Positions 1 to 6,452 of a stretch of DNA of 30,830 bases are shown here, piece by piece; position 1 is the first letter of the stretch; the number at the start of each line of letters is the position of its first letter. A program made the translations under genes and the position numbers. The stretch is from Candidatus Scatomorpha merdipullorum. GTDB taxonomy: Bacteria; Bacillota; Clostridia; Oscillospirales; Oscillospiraceae. The notes beneath the pieces are model-generated. The model was not told the DNA's origin. It made no database searches and saw only the letters and a program-made list of their open reading frames with translations. The stretch is from contig DVJK01000036.1 of NCBI GenBank assembly GCA_018716795.1, positions 1 through 30,830 on the forward strand. The letters are read 5' to 3'.

Positions 1-490
1 AGGGGTTTCTTTTTGTCTTGTCAAAAAGAAACCCCTCAGACTCCAAAGGCGGCCAACGGCCGCTGGTATTTGCGCTGCGCGCCTCACTGTCGGAAACCTT
101 TCAGGAAACCGGGCCGTAGGCAGATGCCTCCTTATCGCAGCCTGGCTTCGCTTCGCTCGCGCCGCTGGCGGTCGGTCGACTATACGTTAGTGCCGCGAGC
201 GAAAGCGAAGCAGTGCACGGTCGGCCAAGCTGCGCTTGGATGCAAAGAAGCGCGCCTCACCAACGGATGACCTCCGTTAGTGAGGCGCGCAGCGCATCTG
301 CCTCCTTATCGCAGCCTGGGCGTTTTCCTTTGGGGCGCCACACCCGTTTCTTTGGGCAAGACCAAAGAAATGGGGTGGCAAGGCCCCATTGCGGGGGCCT
401 TCAGTCAGCGCGGCGCGCAGCGCAGCTGCATCCAAGCGCAGCTTGGCCCGCCGCCGCACTGCGGCGGCATCTGCCTCCAGGCGCAGCCTG
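1..490. repeat. Hairpin-rich non-coding repeat / MITE-like element, probably truncated by the window start
   Basis: Perfect 15-bp stem at 1-36 (AGGGGTTTCTTTTTG-tcttgt-CAAAAAGAAACCCCT) and a related inverted hairpin at 341-378. 22-bp inverted pair GGCCAAGCTGCGCTTGGATGCA (~223-244 / ~427-448), 16-bp inverted pair (72-87 / 280-295), three direct copies of TGCCTCC(TTATC/AGGC)GCAGCCTGG. No credible ORF. Confidence 0.75.
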
Positions 491-491
491 G

Positions 492-2195
492 TCAGATGAG
501 GCCGGTGAGGTCGTATTTTTCCAGCCAGGCGCCGGCGGCGGAGGCTATCTCGCGCAGGGCGTCCTCGCCGAAGGGGGAAACGAGGCCGGCGTTGGCGATG
601 AGCTCCTTGAAGGTCATGGTGCCGGCGGGGCGGGTGTACTTCATGTAGGTGTCCCAGGCGGCCTTGGGATCGGACTGGATCATGGCCCAGAACTCGAGGG
701 AGACGGTCTGCGCCAGGCAGTAGTCGATGTAGTAGAAGGGGCTCTCGTAGATGTGGCGCTGGCGCTGCCACGCCCTGCCCTCGCCGTAGAAGGGCTGGGC
801 CGCCTCCAGCTTCATCCAGGGCATGTAGATGGCGGAGAGGCGCGCCCACTCGGCGTTGCGCTCGGCGGGGGTGAGCTCCGGGTGCTCATAGGCGATGTGC
901 TGGAAGTGGTCCACCATGGTGCCGTAGGGGATGAAGGTGAGCGCGCCGGCCAGATGGGTGTAGCGGAACTTGCGCGCGTCGCCGCCGAAGAAGCTCTCGG
1001 CCCAGGGCCAGGCGAAGAACTCCATGGACATGGAGTGTACCTCGCAGCTCTCCATGCTCGGCCACTGGCAGGAGGCGGGGACGATGTCGCGGCCCATGTA
1101 GTTGGCGAAGGCGTGGCCCGCCTCGTGCGTCACGACCTCCACGTCGCCGCTGGTGCCGTTGAAGTTGGCGAAGATGAAGGGCACGTGGTAATCGCCGAGG
1201 CTGGTGCAGTAGCCGCCGCCGGCCTTGCCCTTGCGGGAGAGGACGTCGAGCAGCTCGTTGTCGTACATCACGTCGATGAACTCGGCGGTCTCCGGGCTCA
1301 GCTCGTGATAGAACTTGCGGCCCGCGGCGAGGATGTCCTCCGGCCCGCCGCAGGGCCTGGCGTTGCCGCTGCGGAACTCGAGGGCGTTGTCCGCGTAGCC
1401 CATCGGATAGGCCTTGCCCAGGCGCTCGGCCTGGCGGCGGTAGACCTGGTCGGCCAGGGGCACGATGTGCTTGACGACGGCGGCGCGGAAGCGCTCCACG
1501 TCCTCCTGCCCGTAGCAGTTGCGGCCCATGCGGTCGTAGCCGAGGGGGATGTAGTTTTTGTGGCCGAGCTTTTTGCCCATCGTGTCGCGCAGGTGCACCA
1601 GCTCGTCGTAGATGGAGTCGAGCTTCTCCGCGTTCTGCATGTACCACTCGCCCTCTGCCTTCCAGGCGGCGGCGCGGCGCGCGTCGTCCGGATCCTGCTT
1701 GAGCGGCGTGAGCTGGCTGACGGTGTAGACCTGGCCCTCGAAGGGTATCTGCGCGCTGGCGATGAGCTTTGAATACTCCGTGGTGAGCGCGTTCTCGCGC
1801 TGCAGCTCGGGGACGATCTCCGGGGAGAAGGTGCGCAGGGAGATCTCCGTGTTGAGGAACATGATGCGGTTGTACTTGCGCTCGAAGTCCGCGCGGAAGG
1901 GGCTCTTGAGCATGGCAAGGTCCCACTTCTGGGTGTATTCCTGCAGCTCCGGCAGGGCCTGGTCGGCGAACTCCACTTCCTTGTCGTAGAACTCGTCGGC
2001 CGTGTTTATGTCGTGGCGGATGTGGGCGATGGTGAGCATGGTCTCCGCGTGGGCGGTGCCGCGCTCCACCTCGAGAAATACGGCGTCCGCCTCCTCGAAG
2101 CTCCTGGCCGCCGCCAGGCGCCCGGCGGCGTCATCGAGGAACTTTTTCAGCGCCTCGATATCCGGGCGTTCATAGGGCATCTCTGAGAATTTCAA
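492..2195 (-). CDS. M3 family oligoendopeptidase (PepF-like, M3B), 567 aa, TTG start
   Basis: Zn-binding HEAGH (HExxH) followed by the CEVHSMSMEF third-ligand motif and the QRHIYESPFYYIDY motif. AGGAGG RBS upstream of the TTG. Confidence 0.93.
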   Translation of the reverse strand: MKFSEMPYERPDIEALKKFLDDAAGRLAAARSFEEADAVFLEVERGTAHAETMLTIAHIRHDINTADEFYDKEVEFADQALPELQEYTQKWDLAMLKSPFRADFERKYNRIMFLNTEISLRTFSPEIVPELQRENALTTEYSKLIASAQIPFEGQVYTVSQLTPLKQDPDDARRAAAWKAEGEWYMQNAEKLDSIYDELVHLRDTMGKKLGHKNYIPLGYDRMGRNCYGQEDVERFRAAVVKHIVPLADQVYRRQAERLGKAYPMGYADNALEFRSGNARPCGGPEDILAAGRKFYHELSPETAEFIDVMYDNELLDVLSRKGKAGGGYCTSLGDYHVPFIFANFNGTSGDVEVVTHEAGHAFANYMGRDIVPASCQWPSMESCEVHSMSMEFFAWPWAESFFGGDARKFRYTHLAGALTFIPYGTMVDHFQHIAYEHPELTPAERNAEWARLSAIYMPWMKLEAAQPFYGEGRAWQRQRHIYESPFYYIDYCLAQTVSLEFWAMIQSDPKAAWDTYMKYTRPAGTMTFKELIANAGLVSPFGEDALREIASAAGAWLEKYDLTGLI

Positions 2196-2215
2196 TGGGT
2201 CTTTCCTCCTGCATT

Positions 2216-2590
2216 TTATATATCGTATAGCGCCCCGGCGCTCTCCGCCCAGCCGATGGCGGAGGCGGAGGGCTCGGAGGCGTTGTGCGCGCGTAAAAAG
2301 GCCGAACCGATGAAAATGGCGGCGATGATGATGACGGTGACGGCGATGATGGTTATCCAGGGGCCCTTGTGCGTGGCCTTGTCCACGCCGTGGAACTCCC
2401 CGTCGGCGGAGAAATTCATGGTGACGGTGAAGAGTCCGTCGCTCCAGGTGGCGCGGCGGCCGGGGCCGATGTCTGAGAAGGTGAAGTCGCGCACCTCCTT
2501 CGGCTCGCCGCAGGCGGCGGTGAAGTCCTCAAAGCGCTTACCCTCCAGGTCGCCCATGGCGATCAGCTTTTCGTGCAGCTTGTCCTTCAT
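2216..2590 (-). CDS. Hypothetical membrane protein, 124 aa, single C-terminal TM helix
   Basis: GAAAGGAG RBS, own sigma-A promoter, hydrophobic stretch WITIIAVTVIIIAAIFIGSAFL, codon usage like neighbours. Confidence 0.75.
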   Translation of the reverse strand: MKDKLHEKLIAMGDLEGKRFEDFTAACGEPKEVRDFTFSDIGPGRRATWSDGLFTVTMNFSADGEFHGVDKATHKGPWITIIAVTVIIIAAIFIGSAFLRAHNASEPSASAIGWAESAGALYDI

Positions 2591-2636
2591 TGTTCACACT
2601 CCTTTCCGGAAGGCGGGCCGGCGTGCGGCCCGTCCC

Positions 2637-2665
2637 ATTATAAACGCAAAACGGCTTTGCGTCAA
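2637..2665 (-). promoter_or_regulatory. sigma-A promoter for the 124-aa gene
   Basis: TTGACG-N17-TATAAT on the minus strand. Confidence 0.7.
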
Positions 2666-2672
2666 CGGTGCG

Positions 2673-3152
2673 TCACTCCTGCATCCGGCTGCGGAAGGCG
2701 GCCACGATGCGGCGGATGGCGCCGGAGCCCAGCTTCTCGTCCAGCCGGGCGATGAGCTCGCGGGCCTTCAGTATGAGGTCGCCGTCGCCCAGCCAGTAGC
2801 GCTCGAGCACCTCGCCGTCCACGCTCGTGAGCAGCGAGTTCACCACCAGCAGCGCCACGTAGAGGTCGTCGAGCCAGCCGAGGCCGCCGAGGACGTCCGG
2901 TATCACGTCGATGGGGGAGACAAAGTAGGCCAGAGCGGCGGCGCACTGCGCCTTGCAGCGCCGGGGCACCTCCGCATCGCCCATCAGCTTCATCAGCAGG
3001 TAGAAAAAGTCCGGCACGCAGAGCACCAGCTCCGCCGCGGCGTCGTTCATGTGCCGGCGCGACCAGTCCTCCACCCGCCGGCGGAGGCGGAGATAAAAGC
3101 TGTCATAGTCCCGCCGGGGGCAGTCCTTTTCGTAGTCATACAGTTCGGACAT
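2673..3152 (-). CDS. DUF1232 / YkvA family membrane protein, 159 aa
   Basis: ALAYFVSPIDVIPDVLGGLGWLDD is the DUF1232 signature. Start reassigned to ATG at 3152 behind an AAAGGAG RBS. Confidence 0.88.
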   Translation of the reverse strand: MSELYDYEKDCPRRDYDSFYLRLRRRVEDWSRRHMNDAAAELVLCVPDFFYLLMKLMGDAEVPRRCKAQCAAALAYFVSPIDVIPDVLGGLGWLDDLYVALLVVNSLLTSVDGEVLERYWLGDGDLILKARELIARLDEKLGSGAIRRIVAAFRSRMQE

Positions 3153-3178
3153 GTTGTCAGCTCCTTTCACTCTACCTT

Positions 3179-3207
3179 ATTGTATACTGCCGGCGGCGTT
3201 TTGTAAA
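3179..3207 (-). promoter_or_regulatory. sigma-A promoter for the DUF1232 gene
   Basis: TTTACA-N17-TACAAT on the minus strand. Confidence 0.6.
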
Positions 3208-3262
3208 TCGGCAAACGCCGGGCGCGGCGCGCGAAGTTTGCCGGAAATGAACGGATATACGC

Positions 3263-3291
3263 TTGGCAAACGCCGCCGGGCGCGGTATAAT
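3263..3291 (+). promoter_or_regulatory. sigma-A promoter for xpt
   Basis: TTGGCA-N17-TATAAT. Confidence 0.6.
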
Positions 3292-3342
3292 CGGAGGACA
3301 GCCGGCGCCGCGCGGCGGGCCGGGACATGGGGGTGTGCGGAT

Positions 3343-3915
3343 ATGGAACTGCTTGAGCGGCGCATACGCGCCGACGGGGAAGTGCTGCCCGGGGGCATAC
3401 TGAAGGTGGACGGGTTTTTGAATCACCAGATGGACCCGCAGCTGCTGATGGAGCTGGGGCGGGAATTCCACCGCCTTTTCGCCGGCGAGGGCGTGAACAA
3501 GATACTGACCATCGAGGCCTCCGGCATCGGGCCGGCCTGCTTCGCGGGGCTCGTTTTCGGCTGCCCCGTGCTCTTCGCGAAGAAAAACCGCACGCGCAAC
3601 CTCTCCGGCGAGTTCTGGACAAGCACGGTGTTTTCCTTTACGCACCACGTTGAGAACACTATCCTGGTGAGCAAAAAATACCTCGGCCCCGGCGACCGCG
3701 TGCTGATAGTGGACGACTTCCTCGCCAACGGCGCGGCCCTGGACGGGCTCATCACCCTCTGCGAGGAGGCGGGGGCCTCCGTCGCCGGGGCGGGGATCTG
3801 CATCGAAAAGGCCTTCCAGCCCGGCGGCGAGCGCATCCGCGCGCGCGGCGTGCGCGTGGAGAGCCTGGCGCGCATACGCAGCATGTCTGACTGCGGTGAA
3901 ATTGAATTTTGCTGA
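3343..3915 (+). CDS. xpt: Xanthine phosphoribosyltransferase, 190 aa
   Basis: ILKVDGFLNHQMDP N-terminus, ILTIEASGI, FAKK and PRPP-binding VLIVDDFLANG motifs. Start taken at MELLERRI (3343). Confidence 0.93.
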   Translation: MELLERRIRADGEVLPGGILKVDGFLNHQMDPQLLMELGREFHRLFAGEGVNKILTIEASGIGPACFAGLVFGCPVLFAKKNRTRNLSGEFWTSTVFSFTHHVENTILVSKKYLGPGDRVLIVDDFLANGAALDGLITLCEEAGASVAGAGICIEKAFQPGGERIRARGVRVESLARIRSMSDCGEIEFC

Positions 3916-3943
3916 ATTTGTAGTTAAGGCTACGATATTGGAT

Positions 3944-3973
3944 ACAAAAGGCGCGTGGAACCGCGCCTTTTGT
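3944..3973 (+). terminator. Intrinsic (potentially bidirectional) terminator after xpt
   Basis: ACAAAAGGCGCG-tggaac-CGCGCCTTTTGT perfect stem with T-tract. Confidence 0.8.
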
Positions 3974-3987
3974 TATAATGTTGACAA
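3970..3987. promoter_or_regulatory. Rex-like operator upstream of the nfnAB fusion
   Basis: TTGTTAT-AATG-TTGACAA matches 12 of 14 positions of the clostridial Rex consensus TTGTTAA-N4-TTAACAA. Confidence 0.6.
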
Positions 3988-3995
3988 AAGTGGAG

Positions 3996-4025
3996 TTGAC
4001 ATGTCAAGCTAAGATAGTATATAAT
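3996..4025 (+). promoter_or_regulatory. sigma-A promoter for the nfnAB fusion
   Basis: TTGACA-N18-TATAAT. The -35 is half of a perfect TTGACATGTCAA palindrome. Confidence 0.6.
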
Positions 4026-4103
4026 TTGTCCAATTGCTGCTTTGCGGGGCTGAAGCCCGCAGGATATTTATTAATGAAAAAGTAAGAAAGGCGGACACTT
4101 CAA

Positions 4104-6389
4104 ATGTTCAGGATCGCGGAGAAATTCCCCCTAAACACGTCGAAGACTATCTTCAGAGTGAGCATCGAGGCTCCACTCGTCGCGCGCAGCGCCAGGCCGG
4201 GCCAGTTTGCCATCTTCAGGCTGGACGAGTACGGCGAGCGCTTCCCGCTGACCATCGCGGACTATGACCCGGAGAAGGGCACTGTCTCCTTCAACTTCCA
4301 GCCGGCGGGCAAGAGCACGTCCATGTTCTCGCTCATGGAGCCCGGCGACTACATCGCGGACATCGTCGGCCCCCTGGGCCGCCCGGCGGAGATCGACACG
4401 AACGCCAAGCGCATCTGCGTGGTTGGCGGCGGCACGGGCTGCGCCATCAACTACCCCGTGGCCAAGGAGCTCAAGCGCCTGGGCATCGGCGTGGACATGG
4501 TCTGCGGCTTCCGCAGCAAGGACATCGTCATAATGGAGGACGAGTTCCGCGCCGCCTGCGACAACCTCTATATCTGCACCGACGACGGCAGCTACGGCGA
4601 AAAGGGCTTCGTCACCGTCAAGCTCAAGGAGCTCATTGAGTCCGGCGTGCAGTACGACAGCGTCCTCACCTGCGGCCCTGTCATCATGATGAAGAACGTC
4701 GCCGAGGTCACCCGGCCCTACGGCATAAAGACCAACGCCAGCCTCAACCCGATAATGATAGACGGCACGGGCATGTGCGGCGGCTGCCGCCTCTCCGTCG
4801 CGGGCGAGCGGAAATTCGCCTGCGTCGACGGCCCCGAGTTCGACGCGCACCTCGTCGACTGGGACAGCCTGCTCGAGCGCAACAGCTTCTACACCGACGA
4901 GGAGGCCGAGGAGAACGAGCATATCTGCCGCATCACCGGCGGCGTCCGCCGCGGCGAGATAAAGCCCGTCAACCTCGCCGAGACGGAGGAGAACCCGGCC
5001 AAGCGCATGACCAAGCACCCCATGCCCGAGCAGGACCCCGTCATACGCGCCAAGAACTTCAACGAGGTCGCGCTGGGATACTCCGCCCAGGTCGCCCGCG
5101 ACGAGGCGGCGCGCTGCCTCGGCTGCAAGAACCCTCAGTGCGTCCAGGGCTGTCCCGTCAACGTCCGCATCCCCGAGTTCATCGCCCACGTCAAGGCCGG
5201 CGAGTATGAGGAGGCGTACAACGTCATCAACAGCACGAACTCCCTCGCCGCCGTCTGCGGCCGCGTCTGCCCGCAGGAGAAGCAGTGCGAGAGCAAGTGC
5301 GTCCGCGGCATAAAGGGCGAGCCCGTCGCGATTGGCCGCCTGGAGCGCTATGTCGCCGACTTCCACCTCGAGCATGGCGACACCCACGGCGCGGAGGCCC
5401 CGCGCAAGGCGCCGAGCAACGGACACAAGGTCGCGGTGATAGGCTCCGGCCCGAGCGGACTCACCTGCGCCGGCGACCTCGCCAAGAAGGGCTATGAGGT
5501 CACGGTCTTCGAGGCCCTGCACAAGTGCGGCGGCGTCCTGGCCTACGGCATCCCCGAGTTCCGTCTGCCCAAGGCGATTGTCGACCGCGAGGTCAAGAAC
5601 CTCGAGAGCTACGGCGTCAGGTTCGTCACCGACTGCATCATCGGCCGCACCATGCCGCTCGACCAGCTGTTTGCCGACGGCTTCGAGGCCGTGTTCATCG
5701 GCTCCGGCGCGGGCCTGCCGCAGTTTTTGAACATCCCGGGCGAGAACCTGCTCGGCGTCTACTCCGCCAACGAGTACCTCACCCGCATAAACCTCATGAA
5801 GGCCTATCGCGACGACTACGACACGCCGATAAAGTCCAACGCCAAGCGCATCGCCGTCGTCGGCGCGGGCAACGTGGCCATGGACGCCGCCCGCTGCGCC
5901 AAGCGCATGGGCGCAGAGGAGGTCTTCATCGTCTACCGCCGCGGCCGCGACGAGCTGCCCGCCCGCGCGGAGGAGGTCCACCACGCCGAGGAGGAGGGGA
6001 TAGAGTTCCGCCTGCTCAACAACCCGGTGGAGATTCTCGGCGACATCAACGGCAAGGTCGTCGGCCTCAAGTGCGTCCGCATGAAGCTCGGCGAGCCGGA
6101 CGCGAGCGGCCGCGCGAGCGTCACGCCCATAGAGGGCAGCGAGTTCGTCATGGTCGCCGACGCGGTCATAGTCGCGATAGGCACCACGCCCAACCCGCTC
6201 CTGCGCACCACCACTCCGGGCCTCGAGACCAACCGCAAGGGCTGCCTTGTGGTCAACGAGGACGCCATGACCTCCCGCAATGCCGTCTACGCCGGCGGCG
6301 ACGCCGTCACCGGCGCGGCCACCGTCATCCTCGCCATGGGCGCCGGCAAGAAGGGCGCCGAGAGCATAGATAAGTACCTTATGGGCTGA
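4104..6389 (+). CDS. nfnAB: Fused NfnA-NfnB (SudB-SudA) electron-bifurcating NADH-dependent ferredoxin:NADP+ oxidoreductase, 761 aa; often annotated PyrK-like/GltD fusion
   Basis: N-terminal half: PGQF..ERFPLTI, VGPLG, VGGGTG, CGP and DGTGMCGGCR..CVDGPEF (NfnA [2Fe-2S]). C-terminal half: EAARCLGC..CVQGCP, CGRVCPQEKQCE, IGSGPSG, VGAGNVAMD, YRR, GGDAVTGAATV (NfnB/GltD). Confidence 0.9.
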   Translation: MFRIAEKFPLNTSKTIFRVSIEAPLVARSARPGQFAIFRLDEYGERFPLTIADYDPEKGTVSFNFQPAGKSTSMFSLMEPGDYIADIVGPLGRPAEIDTNAKRICVVGGGTGCAINYPVAKELKRLGIGVDMVCGFRSKDIVIMEDEFRAACDNLYICTDDGSYGEKGFVTVKLKELIESGVQYDSVLTCGPVIMMKNVAEVTRPYGIKTNASLNPIMIDGTGMCGGCRLSVAGERKFACVDGPEFDAHLVDWDSLLERNSFYTDEEAEENEHICRITGGVRRGEIKPVNLAETEENPAKRMTKHPMPEQDPVIRAKNFNEVALGYSAQVARDEAARCLGCKNPQCVQGCPVNVRIPEFIAHVKAGEYEEAYNVINSTNSLAAVCGRVCPQEKQCESKCVRGIKGEPVAIGRLERYVADFHLEHGDTHGAEAPRKAPSNGHKVAVIGSGPSGLTCAGDLAKKGYEVTVFEALHKCGGVLAYGIPEFRLPKAIVDREVKNLESYGVRFVTDCIIGRTMPLDQLFADGFEAVFIGSGAGLPQFLNIPGENLLGVYSANEYLTRINLMKAYRDDYDTPIKSNAKRIAVVGAGNVAMDAARCAKRMGAEEVFIVYRRGRDELPARAEEVHHAEEEGIEFRLLNNPVEILGDINGKVVGLKCVRMKLGEPDASGRASVTPIEGSEFVMVADAVIVAIGTTPNPLLRTTTPGLETNRKGCLVVNEDAMTSRNAVYAGGDAVTGAATVILAMGAGKKGAESIDKYLMG

Positions 6390-6403
6390 AACGCATTTCA
6401 GCG

Positions 6404-6435
6404 AAAAAGGACCGGTCCTCGGACCGGTCCTTTTT
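6404..6435. terminator. Bidirectional intrinsic terminator after nfnAB
   Basis: AAAAAGGACCGGTCC-tc-GGACCGGTCCTTTTT. Confidence 0.85.
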
Positions 6436-6452
6436 GCGTGTTTGCGCCCACC

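Noticed and set aside
213-1772. 519-aa plus-strand ORF; likewise 4131-6575(-), 9287-10999(+), 20533-23484(+), 29047-30825(-) and other long ORFs opposite real genes
   Set aside because: Antisense shadows of GC3-rich genes: no RBS or recognisable motifs, and fully overlapping well-supported CDSs.
3292-3342. Purine (guanine) riboswitch expected upstream of xpt
   Set aside because: The leader between the predicted -10 and the ATG is only ~50 nt and lacks the purine riboswitch core.
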